DNA of 64,000 nucleotides from Candidatus Saganbacteria bacterium CG08_land_8_20_14_0_20_45_16 (GTDB lineage: Bacteria; Margulisbacteria; WOR-1; O2-12-FULL-45-9), in contig PEYM01000148.1 in the NCBI GenBank assembly GCA_002774365.1, positions 692 through 64,691 on the forward strand, read 5' to 3'. Made by a program: the position numbers and the translations under genes. Numbering within the stretch: position 1 is the stretch's first letter; the number at the start of each line of letters is the position of its first letter. This document shows, in pieces, positions 8,930 to 18,247 of this stretch. The notes beneath the pieces are model-generated. The model did not search any database and was not told the origin of the DNA. It saw only the letters and a list, made by a program, of their open reading frames with translations.

Positions 8930-11319
8930 GGGAGACAGAGGAAACGCTCTTAAGGGTTAAGAAATTACTTAAGCGAGAACCTAATCACCCGATCGCTTTA
9001 AAACGGATTGCTAAACATTCTTTGCTACAGGGAAATTATCGTTTGGCCTTAGAGGGATTTGTTGAGGCCCAGAAAAATTTACCCAGGCTTTTTGCTGATA
9101 TTGTCTTGGATTTTGAAGAAGTGATCGGAAAAAACCCGACAAAAGTTGGGCCCAGACTATCTTTGGTGGGCTTTAAAATTAAACAAGGCGAGCTTGATGC
9201 CGCGATCTTGGACTTAGAAGAGGGGTTAGAAGCCGTGCCGACAGATGTTGAATCGTGCAATCTTTTGGGACGGATCCTGGTTAGGGAAGGCCGCATTGAT
9301 GAGGTGATCTCTTTAATTGAGCGCTCGCTAGCCAAAGGAATAAAAGATGTTGCCCTGGCTGAGATTTTAGCTGCGGCATATTTAGAAAAGGGCAGGATTA
9401 ATGAGGCGATTAAGTTTTATGAGGAGATATTGCTCCTGAAGCCAGCAGACAAACAGACTTTAAGGATTTTGGGAGATCTTTATGTTAGGGTAGAAGACTT
9501 TAACCGCGCGGCCCAAAGCTATCAAGCAATGTTTTCTGATGATCCTGAAGTGGCCAGGGAGATTATTCAACGGCTTGAAGAGCTTTTGAAAAAGTTGGAA
9601 GGGAACATTTTTATTCGCGGGGTTTTGTCTGATGTCTATATGCGGTCGCTCAAGCCAGAAAAGGCAGTAGAAAAACTGCTGGAAATTGTTAGGCTCGATA
9701 TCTTGAGAGTTGCAGAGGTGGCCAGTCGGCTGCGGGTAATTTTGAAAAATTATCCAGATCACCCAACCGCGACCATTGCCCTGGCTGAGACCTTGCGGCG
9801 ACAAGGCAACTTTAGCGAGTCAGTTCAGCTTTATAATGATTTGGTGAAACGGCAGCCGCAGCAAATTGAGGCCGCGATCGATGGTTATCAAGAGGTTCTG
9901 CGTTTTTGCCCGGAACAAATTTTAGCCCGAACCTACTTGGCTGAGACCTTTCTTTATAAGAATCAGGTCCAAGAAGCGCTGGCCGAGTTGCGTCGCATGC
10001 TAGATATTGACGCGACCACAGCCCCGGCGGTGATCAAGCGTTGTCAAGATATTAGCAAGGCCCAGCCCCAATTGCTTAAGGCCCGCTTAGTTTTAGGTTG
10101 GGCATACTTGGTGGCAGGGGACCTGCAACGGGCTGCCCTTGAAGCTGAAGGGATCCTGGCGATTGATAACCGCTGTGCTGATGCTTATTTGCTGCAAGGC
10201 GAGGCGTATTTTAAGCTGAAACATTGCCGGCGGGCGGTTGAAATCATGAAAACAGCTTTAAAGGTTGATCCCTTCAACCACAAGATCCAAGCATTTTATC
10301 GGCAGGTTAAGGAAAAAGAGCTAGAAATAGAAATAGAAAAAATCAAGGCCAGGATGCTTGATGACCAATGGCGTTTATCACTGCATCTTGATCTGGCAAA
10401 GTTATATTTGCAAAAGGGACTGCGAGAAGAAGCTATTCGTGAGCTCCAGGTAGCCCAAAAAGACAAAAATCGGGCCCCCTTGGCAGCAAATTTATTGGGT
10501 TGTGTTTATCGGGGCGAGGGGCGTTTTGCCCTGGCCCAAACTCAATTTCAAAGGGCGTTAGAGCTAGCGACACCAGAACTGGCTGAACTTATTCGGACGA
10601 TCCGTTTTAATCTGGGGACTACCTATGAGGCCCAGGGCCAGATCAAAGAGGCCTTACGGCTTTATGAAGAAGTTTTACAAGAGGACATTGATTTTGGCGA
10701 TCTTAAGCAACGGATCAAATATTTAAAAGCCACCAGCTTGTCAAGTATGCAGGCTAAAGCCTTTGTCTTGGTCATGCAAAGGCCAGAGGACAAGACTGTG
10801 GTTGCTTTGTGGGGGCGGGAGGCCAAGCAAGGCCGGACCTTGCGCCGGGCTGATGTGAGCCTGTCTTTTGGCCAAAGCCACAACAGTGCTGGCTTTGACT
10901 ATCTAATCAAAGGCATGGACAAGGCAGCAGCTGAAGAGTTTCAATTGGCAGTGCAGCTCGACAGCCAGTTTTCGCGAGCTTTAAATAACTTAGCCGTTTC
11001 CTTGATTAAAGAAGGCAAATTTTTTGAGGCTAAGGAGAAAATTGACCAGGCCATCAATCTTGAACCAAGCTCAATAGTCCTGCGCAATAATCTGGCGGTT
11101 ATCTATTTTATGCTGGGCCGGTTTGATCAAGCTAAAGAATTGCTTGAGCAGCTTCAGGCCATTGATCCAGAAAATAGTGCCCTGTGCCTTAACTTGGGGG
11201 ACTTGTGTTATCTAAAAAATGACATTCGTCGGGCGATTGAACTTTATCAAAGCGTGGGTAGCTTTGATCCGTTAGCTGAGATTGCCCAGCAGCGGTTAGC
11301 TTATAAGACGGCTAATTAA
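8926..11319 (+). CDS. Tetratricopeptide (TPR) repeat protein
   Basis: About 797 aa of TPR-like helical repeats. The true start is probably ATG 8926 (RBS GGAGGG at 8911-8916; ATGA overlap with the LptF/G stop) rather than ORF-track 8692, which overlaps the upstream gene. Confidence 0.7.
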   Translation: MRETEETLLRVKKLLKREPNHPIALKRIAKHSLLQGNYRLALEGFVEAQKNLPRLFADIVLDFEEVIGKNPTKVGPRLSLVGFKIKQGELDAAILDLEEGLEAVPTDVESCNLLGRILVREGRIDEVISLIERSLAKGIKDVALAEILAAAYLEKGRINEAIKFYEEILLLKPADKQTLRILGDLYVRVEDFNRAAQSYQAMFSDDPEVAREIIQRLEELLKKLEGNIFIRGVLSDVYMRSLKPEKAVEKLLEIVRLDILRVAEVASRLRVILKNYPDHPTATIALAETLRRQGNFSESVQLYNDLVKRQPQQIEAAIDGYQEVLRFCPEQILARTYLAETFLYKNQVQEALAELRRMLDIDATTAPAVIKRCQDISKAQPQLLKARLVLGWAYLVAGDLQRAALEAEGILAIDNRCADAYLLQGEAYFKLKHCRRAVEIMKTALKVDPFNHKIQAFYRQVKEKELEIEIEKIKARMLDDQWRLSLHLDLAKLYLQKGLREEAIRELQVAQKDKNRAPLAANLLGCVYRGEGRFALAQTQFQRALELATPELAELIRTIRFNLGTTYEAQGQIKEALRLYEEVLQEDIDFGDLKQRIKYLKATSLSSMQAKAFVLVMQRPEDKTVVALWGREAKQGRTLRRADVSLSFGQSHNSAGFDYLIKGMDKAAAEEFQLAVQLDSQFSRALNNLAVSLIKEGKFFEAKEKIDQAINLEPSSIVLRNNLAVIYFMLGRFDQAKELLEQLQAIDPENSALCLNLGDLCYLKNDIRRAIELYQSVGSFDPLAEIAQQRLAYKTAN

Positions 11320-11325
11320 CTGCCA

Positions 11326-13626
11326 ATGGATTTTTTTTTGGCCCCTAAATTTCGTTTCCTGGCTTGTCTGGCTTTTTTTCTATTGCTCTCGGCACAGCTT
11401 TGGGCCCAGGAAATCCCAGTTAATATTAAGGCTGATGAACTCCGTTATCTTGAAGGGACTGATATTGTTGAGGCGCACGGTGGAGTAGAGATCAGGCTCA
11501 ATGATCTGCTTATTAGATCAAACCATTTATCCCTTAACTCAGCCACTAATATTGCGACCGCTGAAGGCAATGTCAAGATCGAAACACCCAATTACAGCGC
11601 TTGGGCCGAACTTTTGACCTATAATGCTACCAGCGAGGCCACTGATTTTGTTGGCTTTAAGACCCAGGCTAGGCCCAACAAAAAGGTTAAAGGGACCTTA
11701 TATTTGAAGACAGACCAGATGCACAGCTTAGGAAATAAGATGGCTGGCAGTGATGGTAAAATGACAACTTGTGACTATGCCAATCCTCATTATTATATTG
11801 AGGCTGGCCGGGTGGAATATTATCCTAATGATGCGATCGTTGGCTACAACGTGACTTTTTATATTGGTGAAATGCCAGTCTTGTGGCTACCTGTGATGTA
11901 CTATAGTTTGCGGGCCAAGCAGCAGACCAATTGGAACTTTGGTCATAATGATGTCGAAGGTGATTACCTCAAGTCTGGTTGGGCTTATCCACTGGGAATT
12001 CTCTACCTTGACTTAATGCAAAAAAAAGGGTTTGGCTATGGAACAAAACATTACTATGGTTTTCCTTCACTTGGCAGCGGCTCTTTGTATGTTTACCATC
12101 TTGATGAACAAGATACCAGCCAAAGCGATTGGGTGACGCGCCTTAGCCATCAGAAACAGCTTAATCCATTTACAACGCTGACGTTGAACCACTCTTATGT
12201 TGATACCTACTTGATCCCGTCAGGGAGAAAAGAGCAAACTAACTTTGATTTTGCGCTGGCTTATAAGAATAAGGCAAGTTGGAATGTGTCTGGAGGAGTG
12301 TTTGAGGACAGGCAATCTGGCCTCAATAAATATTCACTGGGACTAGGTCAATCTTTTCAAGGGGTAACAACCTCTTACAATTTAAACTATGATCAACTAA
12401 ACCAGTCGCCTTGGTGGATCAGGGCCAGTCAAAGGTTTTACCATAAGCGTCCGCTTTGGAGCGATAATGTTGTTTTGACTACCACGGCTAATTATTATAG
12501 TAATGTAAGTGTCCGTGGAGCGCCGGCAGACGAAAAACTGGAGCCTAAAGTTACTGTCACTGGCAAGGAAAAGGATTTTTCTTGGACCTTGGTTGAGGAT
12601 TGGTACCTTGACCTTGACCAAGATACGTATAGAGGCGATGACAATTATCAATATCTAGTCAGACAGCCTGAATTAGTGGTGACCCCAAACCCAGTGGACC
12701 TGAAATTGGCTACCTTACGGCCAAAGTTTGGTTATGGTTTTTTCCGCGAGGTTAGATATGTGGCTGATTTGGGCAAGAATCGTGACTATTCCACCCAGCG
12801 GTATCAAGCCACCTTGGATCTGACCCGGGCTTGGACCTTGCCCTTGGGCACAGTGGCCAACCTCAATGCTGGCTTAGACCAATTTCTTTATGGCCCAGGT
12901 GACCAGTTGTATGCATATCGCGAGGGGATGAATTTAAGGACTAATCTTTTTAACTTTTTTTCCAATAACATTACTTATGGCAAAGGAATTACTGATGGCA
13001 ATACGCCATTTTTGTTTGACCGTTTGGGCAGGTATTATCACAATGTTTCAGAGCAGATGTCTTTTTATCATGGGAGTTTGTTTCGCCTGACAATTGATGG
13101 CGGGCATAATTGGCAGACCCACGAATGGTTTGATGTCATGGGCAATCTAAGCGTGAGTCCAAGTCCGCACCTGTCCTGGGGCTTACGGAGCGGTTGGAGC
13201 CTTGAGCAGCGGGTCTATCGTGATTTGGTCAACAGCTTGGTTTTGCGGCCAGTTGATAATTTTAGCCTAACCTTTAGCTCGGTTTCTGACCTAAATGTTG
13301 GTGGCCTAAAATCAGGTAGCGCAGCCTATGACTTGTATTTTTTAAAGGACCAGCCCAACCAGTGGCATATTAAGTTTAACCAAATTTTTGAACTGGCTAC
13401 TCAACAGTTTAAAGTGCGTGATATAATGGTGGTCAAAGACCTGCATTGCTGGGTGCTGACTTACACTTATTCAGACTATCGCAAAGAATTCAGCCTGACC
13501 TTTAGTCTCAAAGCAATGCCAGATAAGCCTTTGGGCTTTTCCACTGGCAAAGGCTTTTACATGGAGGGCTTTGAAGAAGAGTTGAAAAAAGAGTTTGAGA
13601 CAGAAGGAGCGGTGAGGAGATACTAG
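11326..13626 (+). CDS. LptD-like outer-membrane protein (N-terminal OstA/LptA-like domain plus large beta-barrel)
   Basis: 766 aa. Signal peptide, then an OstA-like beta-jellyroll segment (NIKADELRYLEGTDIVEAHGGVEIRLNDLLIRS...AEGNVKIE), then a long alternating-hydrophobic region ending with aromatic Tyr. The lpt genes nearby support the call. Confidence 0.5.
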   Translation: MDFFLAPKFRFLACLAFFLLLSAQLWAQEIPVNIKADELRYLEGTDIVEAHGGVEIRLNDLLIRSNHLSLNSATNIATAEGNVKIETPNYSAWAELLTYNATSEATDFVGFKTQARPNKKVKGTLYLKTDQMHSLGNKMAGSDGKMTTCDYANPHYYIEAGRVEYYPNDAIVGYNVTFYIGEMPVLWLPVMYYSLRAKQQTNWNFGHNDVEGDYLKSGWAYPLGILYLDLMQKKGFGYGTKHYYGFPSLGSGSLYVYHLDEQDTSQSDWVTRLSHQKQLNPFTTLTLNHSYVDTYLIPSGRKEQTNFDFALAYKNKASWNVSGGVFEDRQSGLNKYSLGLGQSFQGVTTSYNLNYDQLNQSPWWIRASQRFYHKRPLWSDNVVLTTTANYYSNVSVRGAPADEKLEPKVTVTGKEKDFSWTLVEDWYLDLDQDTYRGDDNYQYLVRQPELVVTPNPVDLKLATLRPKFGYGFFREVRYVADLGKNRDYSTQRYQATLDLTRAWTLPLGTVANLNAGLDQFLYGPGDQLYAYREGMNLRTNLFNFFSNNITYGKGITDGNTPFLFDRLGRYYHNVSEQMSFYHGSLFRLTIDGGHNWQTHEWFDVMGNLSVSPSPHLSWGLRSGWSLEQRVYRDLVNSLVLRPVDNFSLTFSSVSDLNVGGLKSGSAAYDLYFLKDQPNQWHIKFNQIFELATQQFKVRDIMVVKDLHCWVLTYTYSDYRKEFSLTFSLKAMPDKPLGFSTGKGFYMEGFEEELKKEFETEGAVRRY

Positions 13627-13664
13627 TGGAAAAAATCCGAAATCAGAAATCAGAGATCAGAATT

Positions 13665-14309
13665 ATGGCAATTGTTTTTGGTTTACTGATTATGGCAATG
13701 GCTGGCAGTTTTGGTTGTGCCAGGACAGTAACTTCGCTGGTTACTTTTGGTGAGGCGTTAAAAGTAGAAGTAACTTTTCGTGGTCCAATTGACGCGGACA
13801 ATAATCGCTATTTTCTAATCCTGAGCGATCGCGCTGACTATCGCGTCCCGCTGCCGCAACCAGACGTGTTGGCTGATGCACCGGAGCTGATCGAGCCAGG
13901 GACAACACCGCAGAGCGGATCGCAAGAGGCTTACTACGCTAATTTTTTCTCCAGCTGGTCTGGCTATGCTATTCTTGAAGGCATAAATTTTTCTTTGGTC
14001 AAGGGCCCGTTTGTCCTAGGCCTGGAACTGACAAGGGAAGTCGTGGCTACGCTGGCTGAAAACAATAATAAACTAAGCTTTACCTTTAGCTTAGAACGCT
14101 TATTTGCCACTTTGCCTAGCCAGATATATTATGATGTTGTGGCAGTGCCTTGGCCCAATGGTGAGGTCAAGATTCCCGCCGATCATTTGCCGTCAATAGG
14201 CAACTCAATTTCCAAGGTTGCTGGCGCGATCTCAACAGTTGATGATACCCAAGATGACTGGCTTGCCCCAAGCCTGGACATCATTGGTTGTCGGCTTGAG
14301 GTCCAATAG
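13665..14309 (+). CDS. Predicted lipoprotein (candidate LptE-like partner of LptD)
   Basis: Signal peptide MAIVFGLLIMAMAGSFGC with a lipobox-like FGC. The ATG at 13665 is preferred over GTG 13626. Located immediately after the LptD-like gene and before lnt. Confidence 0.45.
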   Translation: MAIVFGLLIMAMAGSFGCARTVTSLVTFGEALKVEVTFRGPIDADNNRYFLILSDRADYRVPLPQPDVLADAPELIEPGTTPQSGSQEAYYANFFSSWSGYAILEGINFSLVKGPFVLGLELTREVVATLAENNNKLSFTFSLERLFATLPSQIYYDVVAVPWPNGEVKIPADHLPSIGNSISKVAGAISTVDDTQDDWLAPSLDIIGCRLEVQ

Positions 14310-15752
14310 ATGAAAGTAATGGACAGTGACTTGCGGGAATTATTTGCGGCCGTAGCTTCAGCTTTATTATTAACCCTGGCTTTTCCGCCGCTAAATTTGT
14401 ATTGGCTGGCTTGGGTTGCCTTGGTGCCTTTTCTATTGGTTATTTATCAGGCTAAAACTTGGACCAGGGCCGGGCAACTCGGAGCGATTTTTGGCTTGAG
14501 CTTTTTTGGTGTTCATCTTTTTTGGCTGACTTCTCTTTTTTCGTTTGTTGGCTGGTGGAGTGTTGTTGGCTGGCTGGCCTTGGTTATTTGGCAAGCCTTG
14601 TTTATTGTTTTGTTCGCAATAGTGCTATCGTGCTGCTCTTTTTTTAAAGCAAAATTTATTTACCCATTGGTTACTGCTTTGCTTTGGGTGGCTGTGGAAT
14701 ACTTGCGGTCCAGCGGTCCATTTGGGGTTACGGCCGGAGACCTGGGTTATGCGCAAGCCTTGTGCTTGCCGATCGTGCAGCTGGCGGCGCGCGTTTCTGT
14801 TTATGGCCTAAGCTTGCTGCTTGTTTTGACCAACGCTATTATTGTGGCCTGGCTGGTGAACCCACGTCGCGTCAGGGCGGGCTTTGCTTTTTGCCTGGTC
14901 TTTTTTCTGGCGTTGGTCTATGCCTTTGGGCTTTTTGAAATGCAGGCCAAAGAGGGCTTAGACCAGGCAATGATAAAAGTTGCGCTGGTCCAGCCCAACA
15001 TTAAGCAGCAGGACAAATTAGACCCGACCAAGGTCATGTCAACGTTTGAGCTTTATGCCAGGTTGACCAGACAGGCTAGCAAATTACACCCAGATCTGGT
15101 TATCTGGCCTGAAACTGCTGTTTTTGCTTATTTGACCAATGACGCTTATTTTTTGTCGCGTTTGCAAAGCTTGACCAAGGAAACTGGGGTTTGGCTGGTC
15201 TTTGGCACGCCGTATTATGAGTCAGGCAAGGCTTATAACTCAATGGTAGTGATGTCACCATCAGGCGAGGTGACTGGGCGATATGATAAAGGGCATTTGG
15301 TCCCTTTTGGCGAGTATTTACCTTTTCGCTCGCTGCTCTATTCCTGGTTAAAACGGGTTGGTTATTATGAGAGGGACTTCTCTCCTAGTCCTCCTATTAA
15401 GCTAATGGTCAAAGGTCAGGAGATCGCGGCCGCGGTTTGCTTTGAGTCTGTTTTTCCTAATTTAATACGCAGTAGAGTTACTTCTTTGTCTAGGTTTATT
15501 TTGTTGGTTACCAATGATGCTTGGTTTGATGGCTCGGCTGCGGCTGAATTTCATTTAAATTGCGGGATACTGCGGGCCATTGAGAACCGCAAGTACTTTG
15601 TTCAAGTGGCGACCACAGGTAGGACAGCGGTGATTGATCCGTGGGGGAGGGTAATTAAAAAGTTACAGCCATATACCCAGGGGATATTATTTACCAAGAT
15701 ACCGGGTGAGAAAAAAATCGCGCGCTCTAAGTTAGGTATCGTTCTCCAATAA
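14310..15752 (+). CDS. lnt: Apolipoprotein N-acyltransferase
   Basis: 480 aa. N-terminal multi-TM domain plus C-terminal CN-hydrolase (nitrilase-like) domain (MVVMSPSGEVTGRYDKGHLVPFGEYLP; VCFESVF). Confidence 0.8.
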   Translation: MKVMDSDLRELFAAVASALLLTLAFPPLNLYWLAWVALVPFLLVIYQAKTWTRAGQLGAIFGLSFFGVHLFWLTSLFSFVGWWSVVGWLALVIWQALFIVLFAIVLSCCSFFKAKFIYPLVTALLWVAVEYLRSSGPFGVTAGDLGYAQALCLPIVQLAARVSVYGLSLLLVLTNAIIVAWLVNPRRVRAGFAFCLVFFLALVYAFGLFEMQAKEGLDQAMIKVALVQPNIKQQDKLDPTKVMSTFELYARLTRQASKLHPDLVIWPETAVFAYLTNDAYFLSRLQSLTKETGVWLVFGTPYYESGKAYNSMVVMSPSGEVTGRYDKGHLVPFGEYLPFRSLLYSWLKRVGYYERDFSPSPPIKLMVKGQEIAAAVCFESVFPNLIRSRVTSLSRFILLVTNDAWFDGSAAAEFHLNCGILRAIENRKYFVQVATTGRTAVIDPWGRVIKKLQPYTQGILFTKIPGEKKIARSKLGIVLQ

Positions 15753-16107
15753 TCACGGCCGCGTAATCATCGACCGCAACTGGCGGGACCCTGAGAGAGG
15801 TTGGGATGAATTTCCATAACCCTTGGGGAGGGTTTTCTTGCCAGTATAGTTTTCTCGCCTCAAGGGTAGAGTTTTTTTCGTCAAGCAAAATACATTTGAT
15901 CTTATTATCGGCAAATTCTTGGGCCAGCTTTTTTCCGTTGCTGCTAGCGCCAATTACCACGGTGATAATTTGATATTTGTGCAAATAAGCCAAGGTGGTG
16001 GTGATGATTTCTGAGCGCTTTACAATCTGGCGTTCAATGACTTTTTTCTCTAAAGTAAGGACGGCTAAGCCGCATTTGTCTTTGCCTGGGTCAATAGCTA
16101 AGATCAT
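15727..16107 (-). CDS. ruvX: Putative pre-16S rRNA nuclease / Holliday-junction resolvase-like YqgF (RuvX)
   Basis: 126 aa. Motifs ILAIDPGKDKCGLAV, VVIGASSNG, DEKNSTLEARK and AAVIIGERYL correspond to the RuvX/YqgF RNase H-like fold. Confidence 0.7.
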   Translation of the reverse strand: MILAIDPGKDKCGLAVLTLEKKVIERQIVKRSEIITTTLAYLHKYQIITVVIGASSNGKKLAQEFADNKIKCILLDEKNSTLEARKLYWQENPPQGLWKFIPTSLRVPPVAVDDYAAVIIGERYLT

Positions 16108-17156
16108 TGGTAATTGATTTTGAAGTCTATGGCTAGCGGGCCCAGGGCATAGACTTCTTTTTTAGTCATAGTTTTAAGGACCACGTCTTTGTTAGCTGCT
16201 TTGATTTTTTTGGCCAGATTAAAAATTTCAGCGTAAGGCAAGCTGCCGATTAAGCCAGAGGGATCTGGGACAACCCCGGCGGCTTTGGCAATCTGGTGAG
16301 TATTGGCTAAAAGTTCTTTAATGGCTTGTTCGATCTGGGCTGTGGCTAAGCCGTGTCTAATGGTAGTTTGGGCCAGCATCTCCTGGTCTTTATAGATGAG
16401 CCGGTTTTTGGCCAGATTGAATTTGATGGTGACCTGTTCGCCAAAAAGGGTGTTTCTGGTCGCGACCACAGAGACAATAAACTCTCCCTGACCATTAGTC
16501 AAAGTCTCAACTGCAAAGGTAAAGTCTTCTGGAGAAATATAGACCAGGTGCCCCTCTTTTTTGACGCCAAAACTTCTGACCTGACTGTCGGTGGCTGACA
16601 AGACCTGTTTTAAGGCTGTGGTAAGATGAGTTTTATCTGAACCAGCTTGGATAGTTGAGATCAAGAGGGTTTCATTGATCTTAAATAAGACCTGACCTTG
16701 ACGGGCCGAGGTAATTTGGGCCTCAAGCTTATTTTTAGTTTTTTGCAGTCCCATGATCTCTTGCCTGGCTGATTTAAGATTTTGCGTTTCTTGGGTAAGT
16801 GTTTGGCGGACTGCTTGTAAGCCTTGCTCAAGGGATTCTCTTTCTTCTGTTTTTAGGCTCAATTCTTCCTTAGTCTGGTCAAGCTGCAGAGTTTTTGCTT
16901 TGAGCTCGCCTTTTAATTCTTCAAGGCCAAAAAGGGCTGTCCTAACATCACTGGAAACAAGCAGCAGTACAACTATGGTAACTAAGGCAATCAGCACTCC
17001 AGTGCCTGTGGTAAAGATAATTGCGGTGTGGCGCGGCCGAAGCTTTAACAGGGTCAAGCGGCGGCGGCCGATCGACCGGCCAATGTAATCCCCGACAATA
17101 GCTACAATTCCTGCCAGGACCAGCATGCCGATGATTAAGATAATGCCAGAGATCAT
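16104..17156 (-). CDS. DUF3084-family membrane protein with coiled-coil region
   Basis: 350 aa. N-terminal TM GIVAIVGDYIGRSIGRRRLTLLKLRPRHTAIIFT is typical of DUF3084 (cyanobacteria/Firmicutes). A heptad-rich segment follows. Confidence 0.5.
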   Translation of the reverse strand: MISGIILIIGMLVLAGIVAIVGDYIGRSIGRRRLTLLKLRPRHTAIIFTTGTGVLIALVTIVVLLLVSSDVRTALFGLEELKGELKAKTLQLDQTKEELSLKTEERESLEQGLQAVRQTLTQETQNLKSARQEIMGLQKTKNKLEAQITSARQGQVLFKINETLLISTIQAGSDKTHLTTALKQVLSATDSQVRSFGVKKEGHLVYISPEDFTFAVETLTNGQGEFIVSVVATRNTLFGEQVTIKFNLAKNRLIYKDQEMLAQTTIRHGLATAQIEQAIKELLANTHQIAKAAGVVPDPSGLIGSLPYAEIFNLAKKIKAANKDVVLKTMTKKEVYALGPLAIDFKINYQ

Positions 17157-18247
17157 TAGCCAATGGCTTTCTGGGAGAGAATATACCAGCCGACCCCGGC
17201 AGTGATGAAATTAGGCAGCCAGGCAGCGATAGCTGGACTAAAAAGATTGAGCTCGCCAATGGCCATGCAGATAAAAGTGACGATGTAATAGAAAAAGATT
17301 ACTAAGATCGAAAGTCCCAAGCCGATGGAAGATGAGGCCCTGCGCCGGGCAATGCCCAAAGGAGCTCCTAACAAGGCAAAGACCAGCGAGGCAAAAGGAA
17401 TGGCCATTTTAAGGTTAAGTTGCAACTTAATGTCAGTGGTCTCTTCGCCCATCTTTTCCTTAAGTTTAATGAAATCACGCAATTGGGCCATGGTCATCTC
17501 ATCGGGATTTTTATCGCCAATAAGAAAATCTGATGGTGAATATTTAATGGCTAAGGCCTGCTCTTTAAACTTGATCAAATGCTTGTATTCGCCGGTCTCA
17601 GCTAATAAGTAAATAATGCCAGACTTAAAAAGCCACTCGTTTTGCGCGGCTTGCCAGACCGCGGCCTGGGCAGTGATGATCTGTTGGAGCTGGCCATTGT
17701 TAAACTCTTGGACAATAACATCCTGCATTGTGTTGCCCTTGAGGACCTGGGCGTAGAAGATTCTCTTTAGCTGGCCGTGTTCAATCTCAGGCACAAAAAC
17801 ATTTTTTTGCAATTTAGGCGTGTATTGAGTGGATGTTTCCAGCAGCAGGTTTTTAGCGGCTAGATTGGCTTCTGGTACCACGATCTCAGAAAAGGCCAAG
17901 TTGACTAAAGAAACAAGTAATCCCAGCACCAGCACCGGGATGATGAGCCGGTAAAGCGAGATGCCGGAAGCGCGAAAAGCAATAATTTCTGATTCGCCCG
18001 ATAACCTGGAAAAAGCTAAGAGGGCGGCCAGCAGCATGGCCATGGGAAAGATATAGACCACGATCCCTGGCAAACGGTAAATAAAAACTTGCAGTGCCAC
18101 AATTAAAGGCATGCCTTTCAGAACAACGGCCCTGACCAGCTCAAACATGATCATGCTGGCGGAGAGGATTGCGGTAAAGGCGCCCAACCCAAACAAAAAA
18201 GGCTCAAACAGCTCTTTGAAAATGTAGCGGTCAATGATCTTGATCAA
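17156..18247 (-). CDS. LPS export ABC transporter permease, LptF/LptG family (second copy)
   Basis: 363 aa with the same YjgP/YjgQ architecture as 7853..8929. Directly downstream of lptB on the minus strand. Confidence 0.75.
   Translation of the reverse strand: MIKIIDRYIFKELFEPFLFGLGAFTAILSASMIMFELVRAVVLKGMPLIVALQVFIYRLPGIVVYIFPMAMLLAALLAFSRLSGESEIIAFRASGISLYRLIIPVLVLGLLVSLVNLAFSEIVVPEANLAAKNLLLETSTQYTPKLQKNVFVPEIEHGQLKRIFYAQVLKGNTMQDVIVQEFNNGQLQQIITAQAAVWQAAQNEWLFKSGIIYLLAETGEYKHLIKFKEQALAIKYSPSDFLIGDKNPDEMTMAQLRDFIKLKEKMGEETTDIKLQLNLKMAIPFASLVFALLGAPLGIARRRASSSIGLGLSILVIFFYYIVTFICMAIGELNLFSPAIAAWLPNFITAGVGWYILSQKAIG

Noticed and set aside
14459-14938. Internal + strand ORFs 14459..14647 and 14684..14938 inside lnt
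   Set aside because: Alternative-frame ORFs within the conserved Lnt gene; Cys/Trp/Leu-rich composition artefacts of a GC-skewed membrane-protein region.
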